Assembly (NCBI GenBank): GCA_000165425.1
Contig: CT868085.1
Location: forward strand, 248,001 to 312,000
Direction: 5' to 3'
DNA from: Paramecium tetraurelia
Lineage: Eukaryota
DNA: 64,000 nucleotides
A program made the translations under genes and the position numbers. Of the stretch, positions 14,095 to 28,365 are shown piece after piece (within the stretch, counting starts at the first letter, position 1; every line of letters begins with the position of its first letter). The notes under the pieces were generated by a model. The model searched no databases, was not told the DNA's origin, and was given only the letters and a program-made list of their open reading frames with translations.

Positions 14095-17000
14095 ATGACT
14101 ACAAAGCAAAGAGAAAATTTTATTTTGAAATTAAATTATCTATTATTTGAAATGCTTGAAAAAATTCCTAGTTTTCTTTAGAAACTGATTGAAAATTATC
14201 TAGATTTCTTTGCTGCTGCCTGCTACTAAAGAAATCAATTAGCTGTGTAATTGTTCAGAATAGCTGTGATAATTAATGGATTACAAGAATTGTCATTAAT
14301 GGAAGACAACTTACACTAAAGCGACACGATGTATTTAGTATTTCAAATTTTCTAGACTATTCTATTCCAGTCTAAAAGAATCTCTACCTACAACTTAATT
14401 AATTCGATATGAAAGCAAATCTACTCTATCAATACTTCTAATCACACACATCATCATTAATTTCTTAATATTTGTGAACTTATTTTTTATTAAGAAACAA
14501 TCATATTTCCATACAGTAACTTTATCTATAATATTGGTTGAAAACTACATTCTTTTGTATCCTACCCTTAAGGCAATTTTTTATTTTAATAAATTATAAG
14601 CAGACTACGAGATTTATTTAATTTCAATTTTTAATCTAATAATGTACGTGCAAATTGCAATCACATAATACTCTTGGAGATAAACTAAATTAATTGATTT
14701 ATAAGGTTTGGTAAGAACAAACAATCTTAAATTAGAATTGCTATCTCATTTGATTCTAATGTTAGCTGTTGGGTTTAATGAACTATCAAAAATTGGGTCC
14801 TACATATTGATAATGATTAAATAAATAATTAAATTAGGATTGAGTTTTGATTAGTATAACTAAAATAGTTAATTCATGCTCTATTAAAATGTAACATAAA
14901 TCATATTCATGACTGTATTGTACTTCAACATCAACATGATTTACACCCTATTAATTTTTGCATTTGTAATATAATTAATACATAAAGTTTAATCCCTTTT
15001 ATTTGAGAATCATTTAATATAATTTGAAATATCCCTCAAGAAATGTTAAATTTATGAACTAATATTTAATTAATCTGAAAATACATCCAAAATTCTTTTA
15101 TTGTAGTCCTTATTATAAAAAAGCTTTTAACAAAAGTAAAAGAGTAAAACCAAGAAAAAGTAGACAGATTTCCTTTTTACCAATCAATAGGATATCCTAC
15201 AATAGTTGATCAGATAATCCCATTTTAAAAAGAAGATGTTGATTTAAATTTTTTGTAATTACGACCTTCAAAACAAACCTCAAAAGACACTTATTTAGTT
15301 TATGAAATATTATAAAGTATAGAATATATACGATAGAGCATATGGCAAAGCATTATAAAAGCAATTAAATTACATCATTAATTAAAATTAGTCATATTTT
15401 AATTCAAGAGTTTAGTCCATAAATATGATGGATAATGAAACAACGGTGTAAGCATTAATTAAAAGTGAAAATGCAATAGATTGTATCCAAAAAGTAGTTT
15501 AGAGTAAGATTTCTTTGTTAGAATCACTTCGAAAAGGGTTTTAGTAATAAATTGAAATTTTAGATTAAGTTGATGATTACACTAACAATATCTTTAAATG
15601 CAGAAATTTCATTTTATAATCTTATGATTTGAAAAGATACAAATTGACAGGCTGTTAATGTACTGATATTCTTAGTTTAAGAATCTTATAAATGTATTTT
15701 GGAATTATTTTGAATGATATAAAAGAAGTATTTACTTATTAAAAATTAGAGTAAAGTTATTGAAAAGTTAATTGAAGACATAATAAAGGCTGACAAAATA
15801 CTATAAGATACAACAATAAATAATCAAATTTTACTATAAAGTATATGATTCATATATTCAAATTAGATCGATTTATGGTATTGAATACTAGCTTAATCAA
15901 TTAAAGAGGAAAGCTGATCAATTGTAATAAATAATAGATCTCTTAATTTTTTGGATGTTCACAAGAAATAATGCAAAATTACTAATATATACATGAATTT
16001 ATGCCTGACTTTATTGCTTAGATTCATGATGAATTAATTGATTAGTTTATTGATAACGGATACACATAATTGATGAAAAGTGGCAAACTAACTTTCATTT
16101 AGGATCCATAAAATTATCTAATGCCAATTTATATTCATTTGTACAATCCAAATATTTAAGATGATTTCACCTTATATTCTATATTGACAACATAATTCTA
16201 ATAGTAAGACTATGTGATTTTTGATTCAGAAGGAAAAATTTAAGGAATTTCTAAACGATTTTTTGAGTACACAAAACTATCAAAGTCATTCGCATAAGAT
16301 ATAAATATTTACGACATTGTTCACAGAGGAAGTAGTATTTTGTATTATTTTCCTAATGTTATAAGTTTGATAAAAGATCTAAAAAATAATATTGATCATA
16401 ATATTAATAATACATTAAATAATGTAAGATCATTTTGGTAAATTCCTGATAATCACTTGGAATGTCTATCATAAACACATTCGCTAATTAATTACTCTTA
16501 AAGGATGGAGTTTCAACCAAATTTAATTTTGGGTTAAAATATAAAGTTATTGGATTAAGCTTATTCATAATCTTTCATTAATACAATTAAAAAAAAATAA
16601 AATAATTTAGATTCAGCCGAAAATCATATTGAAATGCTACATAACCTTTCACTCTACATTATTGGAGATCATATATTCTTTTTGATTACAATAAAGGAGT
16701 ATAAGCTAGCAGATTTTACTAAGACTTACACATCTAACTCAATACATCAACAATAGAATCCATTTACATCCTTTTCTACACATTTTACTTAATTAGATTA
16801 ATTGATGTCTGAGAAATAGTTAACTACAGATAATGGCACAATTTAGGATATTAAATAATTCTGCACTTTTCAGCATTCTTAAATAATTGAAAAACTATTC
16901 AAAGATGATGATATGAGTGGCAGATTTGTAGTTGATATTACTTAAAAATAGTAATTAAATGCCAGTCATTCTTAATCCAAATTGCCTTTCTTATCTTCTA

Positions 17001-19155
17001 GATAACCTTTGTCAAATAGATAATTACTATAAACTGGTCTAGTATCTATACGGATGGTTTAACCATAGTTTCATTTACCATCGATAGACTCTAAGAAAAA
17101 AATAGAAGATTATTAATTATACGAATTGGAGGAGGATATGAAGGAGATAGCAGGGATGGAAAGTATCAAGTAAATTTAAGTCATGTAAAATGAATAAGAG
17201 ATTGCCAATTAGAAATAAGAAAATATTAATTTTAATCGTTATGATAGTAATGTTAATGAAGATTCAATCAAGATGTCTGAAAAATAAAATGACTCCTAAG
17301 TTTAGGCATTAGTGTAAAGCTAGATTCAACAAGGCTCTTAATTGTAAATGATTTAACAAATTGTAAATTTTAATGGAACTATGAAAATGGTGAACATCGG
17401 CATAATTCTAAATCTGTTTTTGGCATTATGGATATTTATTATGCTCTTTGTAAATGAATACTTAATAAATAATGAAATCCAAACATATTTTCATCAGCTT
17501 ACTAATAGTATTGGTTATTAAAGTTTATAATTTTATATTGGAATACCTTATACAATACTCCTATAACTCTATATGAATGATAAGGAAATCCTTAATTTTA
17601 GCCCAGCATTGTTATAAAATACAATAAGTAAAGTGCCGTTTTTATATGGGTATTCATAAATTCAATAGTCTTCATTTTAAGATATAGTTTGTAGTTAATC
17701 TAAATATTATGATGAGCATTTTGCTGATGATAATGAATGCTCTAATTATTTCATTCAATTTCATACTGCAATTTTATAATCATATCTTCAGTATGAAATT
17801 GATGAAACATTTGATTACGAATTGTTTAAAGCCAATTCATTTTATAGAAATTAATCATTTTATGGTTAGAAAATACTATTAGATTCTTTAACCAATTTTA
17901 TAAGTTCTTTCTAGAAGGTTACGCTAAAAGATACTTTTTTAATATTGCTAATGATAAACCTATTGGTGGTTACAATTATATATGTCACATAATTTTAAAT
18001 GACAAAATCTAAATAAAATTTAAAGCAAAAATTCTATTAAATTTTGAATAGATTGTCATTTGATGAAATAGTGGAATTGATAGCTCGATTTAGTTGTTTT
18101 AAGGTAGCCTTAGGAGAGAATGCATGGAAATTGATAAATTATTACGATATGATAAATTATAATAACATTGCGAAAGAGAAATCTAATTTAAATGCTCATA
18201 AGAAATACATTTAGTTAAGCGACTCAAAGCTTAAGAAGAAAACAGATGTATTTCAAATTATTACAATAGTGTCATCGTTTTGTTGTTGGATCCTCTTTTT
18301 TGTATTGGGGTTCCTCCTTTTTTATTTTTTATTTGAAGAATTTGCTCCTAGTTTTAGAATAGCCTAAAATTTTGTAGCCTTCAAATAGAAGCTTGATCTC
18401 TCATTGTGCATTGGATTTTGGATAAAAACAGATCCTTTGACCAATATGAGAAGAGACACATCGGAGTAATAGTAGATGATTAGTTTGTTTTTGAATTTAA
18501 CAGACAGTTTGTAACTTCTTTTAGATGAAATTTCAACTGATTTAGTAAAATCAACTTATTTAAATGAAGAAAAGATGAAAGTTATCCAACAAACTCTAAA
18601 TTCTGATTTATGTCCTTCTTATTAATATCTCTTTTGTTATCCAGAGGAATTATCAGTACATCATTATTATGATTCTGAATCATATGCTTCAATATTAGCA
18701 GGTGGAATCACAGGATTTGTAGCCTAAGTTTACAAATTTTCAGTATCAGAATTCACAATAGAAAAAGAGACATTGCAATATTCTCCATATCTAGATGAAC
18801 TATAGGTAGTAGTCTAGGAGCAAGTGTTCAAAAATTTATTTGTTTAGTACATTTAAGATATTCAATACACTATGTATAGTCTTTTTTCTTAGTTTAATGA
18901 TGGGAATTCATATGCTGGTGAAACTCTACTTTCTTACATGAACTATTATAGTTTTGGGTTTGGAATTAGGTATAATTATAAATTTGATATAATAGTTTAA
19001 TTGTAGTTTATAATATTATTGATTTCATAAGAATTAGATAGGGTGTTAAGGAATTAGATTAATTAAAATTTATCCTCTTGGTTCTGCCAGAACAAAAGTT
19101 TGAAAATTAGATTATAAAGTAAAAGATCACAGAAATAGGTAAATATTTCTTTTGA
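14095..19155 (+). CDS. Large multi-pass membrane protein with PAS-like domains (TmcB/TmcC-like), tandem relative of the preceding gene
   Basis: ATG 14095, intron about 14332-14356, PAS-like HEFMPDFIAQIHDELIDQFI (about 15990-16060) and YVIFDSEGKIQGIS (about 16210-16250), C-terminal TM helices, TGA 19153-19155. Internal introns not fully mapped. Confidence 0.7.
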
Positions 19156-19199
19156 ATTAAATGGAATTTGTATATATATAATAACAACAATAACAATAA

Positions 19200-20292
19200 T
19201 CATGCAAATTATTTTATAATCGTCATATATTCAGCTGCCAATGCTTCTAGATGAACGATACCCTTAGATCCCTATCTTGCTCTATTTTCACATTTTGCTG
19301 TTGATTTTATGAGTTCATACAGAATTATCTTATTTGCATGATCTTTATATTAATTTAGCACTCCTTGAAGCATTTCAAACATAATTCTATCAACTGGAAT
19401 GCAGTTGACCAAAAGTTGGTAGAATTTTTCTCTGATTTCTTTCATTGTTTCAACTAATTGGTTCTTTACTATAGGCATGACGATATTATGTTAAATGTGT
19501 AGTTTCCATTCTTGAGCTGCTATATTTTGATCATCTTTAATGCATGTGTTATTGACTCTAGTAGATTGCAAATATAAAATGGCTTCTCTAAGATTACCAT
19601 TACTTGCAATAGCAATTTTATTGATTAGTTATTGGCTGATTTTGCAATTATATTATGCACTAATCTTATCTAAGATTTGAGCCACTTGAGTTTGATCAGG
19701 AGCAGGTACTCTAATTAAAAGGCACCTGCTTCTTATAGGATTAATGATTTTAGCCAAAGATTCGCAAATCAAAATAATTCTGCATCTCTCTATATACTTT
19801 TCCATTGTTCTTCTCAGTGATGCTTGAGCCTCCTTTGTAAGATTGTCGACTTCATTAATAATTACAACCTAATATAGTGTTCAGATGTACTTTGAAATCT
19901 TTGGTTTATTTGCTATTTACTTGATGTGAACTTGCAACTTCCTTAATTAGTTTCTGGATGATCACTTTATCGTGATGATCAGCATCTGATGGTGCAACAT
20001 CAATGTGAAATTTGGATGATAATACAGTGCAAGAAGTAGTGGTATTTGAGGTTTCATTTATTTTATACTCCTTTTCTTCTTCAGTGACTGTGTATACACC
20101 TGATCCATAAACTTCCTTAAGAAATGCAAGCACTCTTGTTTTCTTTCCAGCTCCATTTGGACCATAGAACAATAAATGAGGGAAATCGGAATTTTTGGCA
20201 AGTTTTCTCAGGATTTCACTGATTTCTGAATGATAATCCAAAGAATCAAGTGATTTTGGTTTAGTTGATTCAGTCCATAACTATTGAAGCAT
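19200..20292 (-). CDS. RFC3: Replication factor C small subunit (human RFC3 / yeast Rfc5 type)
   Basis: MLQQLWTESTKPKSLDSLDYH...DFPHLLFYGPNGAGKKTR, VVIINEVD, AQASLRRTMEKY, PIRSRC. One 22-nt intron (19869-19890); 356 aa. Confidence 0.93.
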
Positions 20293-20340
20293 TTTAGAGC
20301 GGGAAATTTATATATATAATTAAATAAATATAAGCAAAAG

Positions 20341-22953
20341 TCATTTAAAAAAGTAAGTATTCATTATTCTTTCTAATTCAGATTTAGTGGCTGGTTTTAC
20401 AATGTAATCATCCATATATTATAAACATTCTTTCTTTTCTTTTTCTTCAGCATATCCACTACATCCAACTATTGTCACTGGAACATTCATGGTTCTATAA
20501 AAATTCTTAATGTTTTTAGAGGTCACTATTCCATTTTAGATTGGTAATTCCACATCCATAAATATCAATCTATAAGGATGACATATATGCTATTATTTTG
20601 AAAATCGCTATTATACTTTTTATTCAGCCAATTACCCAGAGATTGTATAATCTATTTTTATTAAATTTTGAAAAGTTCGATTGAATCTGAGTAAAAATGA
20701 ATCTACATTAAAATGATTGTCTTCTACCAATAATATTTAAGGACAAGAACAGAAATTCTTTTAGAGAATAAACTTTTTTTCATTCATTGATTATCTTCTA
20801 AAATCATTTAATTTTGTCTCCAAATCTACATCTATTTCTTTTTTAGAATCTTCATAATTTTCTATTTCATTTGTATATGTTTATTTATTGTTAGTCACCA
20901 AAAAACAAAATGTTGTGCCTTCTTAATACACTGATCTAAAACCTAACCCTCGCTATTCAGAATTCAATTAAGTGGCTATTGAATTACTTATCAATAATCC
21001 TAATCCCACACCCTAAGCATTCATTTAACTTGTCTCTTTATTTTCAATCTTAGCAAATGCTTTGAATAACTTAGGTTAGTCTTCTTCTCTCATCCCCACA
21101 CCAGTGTCCTTGACTTCTATGCAAATTTCATTAGGTGCATCCAAGTAGGCTCTCAGAGTTATTGAACCTTCCAAAGTAAATTTCAAGGCATTCCCTATCA
21201 AATTTATTGTTATTTATCTTATTCTATTTAAATCACTCCAAATATCTGTTGTCAACGACTTATCATAATAGTAATTCAATTAAATATTCTTCTTCATTGC
21301 TTATATCTCAAACATACTAAGACAATCCCTTAGAAGTGACTTTAAATCGAAAAGGGTATTTCGAATCTTAAATTTACCTGCTCGAATCTATGCCAAATCT
21401 AATAAATCATTTGAGAGATTAAGTATGTATTTAGAGTTATCTAATGCTGATTAAATAAGTTATTATTCACTCAAATTTAAACTGGATTTATTTTCTATAA
21501 CTTCTTCGAGCATTTATATGATACAGGTTAAGGGAGTTCTAAATTCATGACTTACAAAAGATAGAGTCTTCGATTTTTGGGAATTGTAATCTTTTAATAC
21601 TTTAATGTAATCCTTATGATTCACATCTCTGAGGATTATTACCAACATAGGCTTATTGTAATGCAAAGCACTAAAGACTTTAAGGTCCAAACATTGTTTT
21701 TTCTATTATTTTTTTATGTTGGTTACAAATGCATTACTTTCATGAATGTAATAGAGAGGTTAATTTTAGTAATTCACGACCTTCTCCTTAACCAATGTGT
21801 GCAATTATTGCCAAATCTATCCCAAGAGATAATGAAAGGAGTCGGCATCTTCTAAGGACTTTTTGTGTGAAGTTGCATAATTAATTGAAGGAGAATTGGA
21901 ATGATTCAAGTTGTCGTTTTTTGTTTATGCACTTGGAAATACTATTTACACCTGAGGAAATTGGAGACAAAAGTCATGATTGGATTGAGGTTGTTATAGC
22001 AAAAATTCTTATTTTTAAGAGCTTGATTGATTCTCCAAAATGAATTATTAGGACAATTTAAAGCCTGACTTACAATATGACTATTATTTAGGTATTATCT
22101 TAAAACTATTTCTTCTCACACTCTACTGAGATTAAATGCTGAATGAGTACTTATAGAGATGTTCTTCGCTTTTCTGTTTTTGAGAGGCACTTTTTAAATC
22201 AAATAGTTCTTATAACATCTAATCGTGATCATCAGAATCTACTAGGTATTTGGCTGCAGAATTTGAATATTTTATTGTAAAATCCTCCTTTGTGTTTTTT
22301 TCAAGAATTATAATTCCTTCAGGTAATACATCAAAAGTCTTAAAAAGCTTCTGGGAATCCTGCGGCTCGTATTCAAAGTTGATGCTTCGAGGTACTGATG
22401 GTTCCATTTCTTAATTATTTAATTTCTGAGCTTCCTTTAATTAATTACATTCCTTTTCGTGTTCTTATCTAAAGTGATACAATAATAATTTCAGTAAGAT
22501 CGATGAACATAATGCTTTTATTAAATCAGTAATTTCTTAATTATGAAATCCAACCCGAAGAAATACATAAGCATTAATAACCATCGCTCCCAAAAATAAC
22601 ATATATTACACTATTTTTTTTTTTTCATTTCTATTGAAAAACACAGCATCGAATATTGCCAATTATAAGAAAATTAAAAACTCGGTATCAATTTGTAATT
22701 CCACAGAGAATAAGGTCAGTATAAAATATTAACAATATATGATGAGCTATGTTCTCATTGTACTAAAGTAATAGGATAATACCTGATATATTATCATCAC
22801 CAACAAAAAAATCAGAGAAATCATTATAAATGGTCCTCTGCTTTGAATTAAATTTTCAATAATTTATGCAAATATTATCAAACTATTAAAACATATCAGC
22901 AGATCTTTGAATTTATAGCTATCCAGACTTCTAAATTGTTTTACACTTTCCAT
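20341..22953 (-). CDS. Membrane-bound hybrid histidine kinase (TM - PAS-like - HisKA - HATPase_c - receiver)
   Basis: H-box FVSHEFRTPL, N-box QITINLIGNALKFT, G1 VKDTGVGM, F-box LFKAF, G2 GVGLGL; receiver ILLVEDN, IFMDVELP, GMDDYIVKP. Span is 871 codons, apparently intronless. Confidence 0.93.
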
Positions 22954-24287
22954 CAATAAATTAAAAATAATTATTTTATTATTATGATTAATAAGTACTA
23001 ATTATTAAATTGAACATTTAAAAGCCCTTACTCTATTATGAATCTCTAAAGAGTTTAGTATTCTGAGTGCTGATTAAAAATGGAATTCAGAAAACTATCA
23101 TATAGTTCATGAATTTTAGTAAATATCAAGATTAAAGATAATTTAAAAATAATAGCTCAAATTAGTGTCAAATTTTTATATCAAAATTATTGATTTCAGT
23201 CATTGTCATTTAATTAATTATCAGAGATTGTTTATCAATTAAAATGACTCCTTGTTTGAATTTCACTTTGCTATTGATCGCAGAATATGAAGATAACTTT
23301 ATATTCAAATAAATCATTCTTATTCTGATTTGAGTGTCATTAATGCTTTGCTATTATTAGAAAACCTTATATTTACTGTTTTGAGCATCATAATTTATTC
23401 TTTCTGCTTATACAACTCTTTTCATAATTGGGCTGTTCCATTTGAAGAAGTAAATAAACTTATATTATAAATTTATTCTTAATATTAAAATTCATGGTTA
23501 TTAAGATAATATATCATCGAATTGTAATATTTTCTTATAATTTGAAATTGCATCCTTATAATTTGGTTGAGAATTCCCATTCTGATATTATTTTTTATTT
23601 GAGACCTTTGAAAGTACAGCTAATAGAACCATATAATAATTAGGCTTAAGAAATTGTTATTCCAATTCTATTGATTCACTTTTTTTCCTTTAGCAATAGT
23701 ATTAATCATTTCATAATTCTGCCCACTAATTTTCATCTATTCTTATTTGAAGAGGTAATATTACTAAAAAAGAAAATAATGATCAAAATGAGTATAGGAT
23801 TATAGTAAATTCGAAATGATTATAATAATTTTAATTTAAATTAAAGAATTTTATTATTTTATAATGATCATTAATAGTTATTCATGTAAGACCAAATTTT
23901 CATATATATAGTTATTTTAAATTAATGAAGATCCTTTCATTTAGAGATAATCAAAAGTTTTCATTAAAAAATAGTCAGATTTTTCAATTAAATCCTTCTT
24001 TATCTTCTTAGTTTATTATCTTATTTCAGCCTATGTTTAACTATGAATTAATCTATTAATATTATACTTTTTACAGAGTTCTTACAGTTACTTTACTTTT
24101 GCTTGCAGGGTTTAAATATAAAAATAATAATGCTAGTATAATAAGCTTAGTGGTTCATAAAATCATTGTTTTTAGAATTTAAAAGCATTTAAATTAAAAA
24201 TACAAAGTTAAAATTTACTTTTTATTGAATAACAATATATATATATAATTAACTTAAAATTGTGATAAATATTTATATTAAAGAAAT

Positions 24288-26013
24288 ATGTAATTAAAGA
24301 GAGATTATTATGAAATACTTGGATTGGAGTAGAATTGCGATCAAGAATAAATCAAAAAGGCATATAGGAATATGGCATTGAAGTGTCATCCAGATAAGAA
24401 CTAAGCAGAAGATGCAAAATAAGTGTTTTAAGAAATCCAGGAAGCTTACTCAGTTCTTTCTGACCCTAATGAAAGAACTTGGTATGACAATCACAAATAG
24501 TAGATCTTGAATCCTGATCTTGACAAAGCTGATTTAGAAACTATGGAAGGATTTGGTTTTAATATATGGCATTATTTTTCGCCACATTATTTTGGTTTTG
24601 GAGATGATCAATAAGGTTTGATTTAATATTTATATTTTAGGATTTTACGCCTTTTATCGAGAAGCCTTTGAGAAAATTAAATTTGAGGAAGAATCAGCTT
24701 TTAATAACAAATAGTTGGATTCAGAAGAAGAAGACTCAAATACTGAATTTGAAAAACTTCCAGGTTTTGGTGCCTCAAATATGCCAATTGAGTAAGTCCT
24801 CAAATTCTACATCAAATGGGAGAATTTCACAACTTATAAATAATTTGCATATGCTGATAAATACAATCCCAAGGATGCCCCTAATAGATGGGTAAAAAGG
24901 GCAATTATTAAAGATAACAAAGTAGAAAGAAGGGAAGAGAAGAAAAAATATCTGAAAACAATTAAAAAGTTAGTAGAAACAGTGAAAAATAAGGATCCCA
25001 GATATAAAGAATATTTGGAACAATTAAAAAAGGAACAATTCATCAAGGAATAACAAAAGAAAAAATTCAAAGAAGAAGAAAAAATACATATGCAAGAAAT
25101 ATTAAAATAGGCTAGACTTGAAGAGTAGGAAAGGTTTAAAGAAAATGAAGAGTATTTTAAGGAGAGACAACAATTTTAGGTCATTACAGAAAAATAAGAG
25201 AAATCTTCAGATGTTTTCTTTTGTGAGATTTGTGATAAGGAATTTAAATCAGAATCATAATTTAAGAATCATCAAAATTCAAAGATTCATAAATCTAACC
25301 TAAAGGACATAATTTCTTAGATTACTGTAGATAAGAGGGAATAAGAAGAATTATTAAAAAAAAATGGAGTTAGTAGTGTGAGTGCTTAAGATTTAGAGGA
25401 AACCTAAAAATAAATTTAAGAGTAGATAAATAAAGAATTAGAGAAAGAATAATAAAAATAATAAAAATTAATTGAATAGTAGACAAAACAAAAGGAGAAG
25501 AAAAAGAATAAAAATAAAAAAAAGAAATCTTAGTAATAATAAAAATAATAGGACCAAAAAGAAGAGAATAATAGCAGTGACGATGAGTAGTAGAAAGATA
25601 CAAAAAATGTAGAAGATGATTATGTAAATAGTGATGACGATGATCATTTTACACAATTATTAAAAAATAAGAAAACCAATCCAATTAATTAATAATAGGA
25701 TATTAAATAAACCACAAATGTTTAATAATAATAAAATAATGAGAAATAATAATCTGATTCTAAATTCTTAGTTTAATAAAGTGATTCTGATGATGAAAAA
25801 AATACTGTTCAAGATAATAATAAAGAAGTTGAAGAAGCTTCAACAGAACCAAAGCAACTTAATAAAGCAAAGTTAAAAAAATTAAAAAAAAAAGAAAAAG
25901 AAAAATAAAACGAGTAAGAAAAATTCAAATGCAATATTTGCTAAGAGGTTTTCTAATCAAAAACTAAATTATTCAAACATTTAAATGAATCTGGTCATTA
26001 AAAAGCAAAATGA
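24288..26013 (+). CDS. DNAJC21: J-domain co-chaperone with two C2H2 zinc fingers (DNAJC21/Jjj1 type)
   Basis: RDYYEILG...KCHPDKN...EAYSVLSDPNERTWYDNH; zinc fingers CEICDKEFKSESQFKNHQNSKIH and CNICQEVFQSKTKLFKHLNESGH; intron 24616-24640; 567 codons. Confidence 0.88.
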
Positions 26014-26899
26014 TGTTTATTAATGTTTTCTATTGTAATTTAACCATAAGTTTATCAATAATTCTATATAATCTCACTGTTTATTCAATTTATTTTATTA
26101 TTGTAATTAAATTTTTATTAATTAGAATTAGTCAAAACATTAAAATATTCCTCAAGAATAATGATCTGTTATAATTAAATATATTAAATTGTTGTAAATT
26201 ATAGTATTAGAATGATTTTTATACCTCCTTAACATGATTTGTCGCAATTCTTAAAATAATATTATAGTTTACATTAGCAGTATTTAAACTCAAAATTTTT
26301 ATTAAAATTAAATTTTTCATAATAAATTTGACTTATTTAAAGTAAATTTAATAAAACTTAAAACGTATTTTATATTTCAAATTTGGATTAATATGATAAT
26401 CTTTATCAAACATCTATCATAGCCTAAATAACAGATGATAAAATGTTTAGAAATAAATTTATATTCTATTTATATTATTAGAAATGAAAAGTTATGTAAA
26501 TTTTGAAAAAATAATTAGAATGTGGAATCGCAACAAACAATTCTATTAATATACAAATAGATAATAAGGAATTTCTTAGTTGATTTAGTATTAAATATTT
26601 ATAAAACTAAATTTTAGGATAATATTTTAATTAATAATAGAAAGAATTATTCATAAAATTTATTATAGAGTATATTATGCAATTATCAATACCCAAAATA
26701 TTAGACCTGAGAAATAAGATATTCAAAGATAAAATGTCAATATAATATTCTATACTATACTTAAATTATTCTTACTTATTTAAGCAATACTAATAATACT
26801 ATTCCAAATTAAGATTGATGTATGTTTCTCGTAGGAATTCGCTTATAATATAATTAAGGTTCAAGCCATTTTATAATTAATAATAAATATAAAAATAAA

Positions 26900-28161
26900 A
26901 TGTACGAATTAAATGTTCACAAGTGTGCTAAATTCCGAACATTTGAAAATAAAGCTGATACTCGACGTGCGATGGTTTTCTTGAAGTTATTGGATAACGT
27001 ATCATAAATTTAATATTAGAGTTGTCCAAGAGAGGAGGCATTAAAATTTTGTAAAAAAAGAATATGTCGATTTGATACTACCAAAAAATTAGAAGGACCT
27101 CCCAAGTTTAGATTGATAAGAAATGCAACTACTAGTAGGGGATGGATTTTTCCTGAGGAGATCAAGTATGATCTTGGTAAAAATTACGAGAGACCAAAGA
27201 CAGAAGAGGATAAAGCATTTTAAAAGTTCTTTTAGTCTAACAAATTAAAGATAGTGTAAGAATAACAACATCAAGTGGAGGTTGTGAACTAGTTTATGAA
27301 GGAAATAGACGGATAACTGAACATGAAATATAATAATTTAAAGGAGTTAAAAAATAAGGTTTAGGATGTCAGAATTAAATAAGAGTAGTATAGAAACACT
27401 CCTGTAAATTACTTGAAATTCAAAGGGCAACGATTCATTTAATTGTATGATGTGTACTAATTCATAATTATATTTAAGATTCAAGAAACATTATGACAAT
27501 GATTTGTTGGGATTTGAAAAACAATTTCCAGTGACAGTTTAAGAAAAAACAAAAAGAAACGAAGACTTTTTTGTTAGAGCAAACAAAAAACTTGAAACTG
27601 ATAACTTGTAAAAGAAATTTATAAAATTATAAAATGAAGGAGAGATAATAGCCAAACTAACTTAATCTGAAGGGAATAAGGATTAAGGTATATCGATTAA
27701 ATCATTTTAACACATCAATGATGTAAAGAATCTTGCCATGGAATTCAATAAGACCTAATATGTTTTTGATGATGATAAAATAAAGAAAAAGAAGAGAAAT
27801 TCTTTACATCAGTTAAGACTGAATAATAAATATCGAAAGAATAATAATCAAAAAGATATTAAAATTGGGGATTTCGATGAGAAGTTAGAGAGAATAGTAA
27901 CAAATAGAATAGACTCCATAACTAGAAGTGGAAATGCAACTAATGTGGATTATGATCAAATAAATTCTTTAAAACAAGTAAAAAATTGAATATCATAAGA
28001 AAACTGAAACGGCTAGAAATAAAGAATTTAACAAGATCAAATCTCATTTCACTCCAAGATCAATCAAATAGAATTAAAGAGCATATACTACTTAATAGTC
28101 AACAAGAAAGTTAGAATTAAGAAGTAATAGATCATACAAGTAATTATAAAAATAAGGTTGA
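26900..28161 (+). CDS. Hypothetical basic/coiled-coil protein; one intron has an aberrant acceptor
   Basis: ATG 26900 (MYELNVHKCAKF...), candidate introns 26999-27019, about 27454-27478, 27688-27710 (ends TAA) and 27978-27999; TGA 28159-28161. Confidence 0.6.
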
Positions 28162-28365
28162 GTTATTTAATGTTTATTAAAACTCGTATTTGCTTATAAA
28201 ATTTTGAATGAAATTGATATTAATGAATTATATTAAAATGATAATGGATCGTACAAGAAATAATTATGTTAATTTTAGTATTTAATTAATAAATATACTG
28301 CAAACAAATCTTGTTAAAAACTGCAAATTTTTGATCTTTATTAATCATACATTTTTTAAAGAATA

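Noticed and set aside
21616..21855. ORF-track plus-strand ORF
   Set aside because: Antisense shadow of the histidine kinase.
24834..25656. Hydrophobic minus-strand ORFs resembling membrane proteins
   Set aside because: Reverse complement of the K/E/Q-rich region of the J protein; the F/L/I richness is a compositional artefact.
26014..26899. Long AT-rich spacer with a TGA-free frame of over 100 codons
   Set aside because: With a single stop codon such frames arise by chance; no motif or coherent gene structure.
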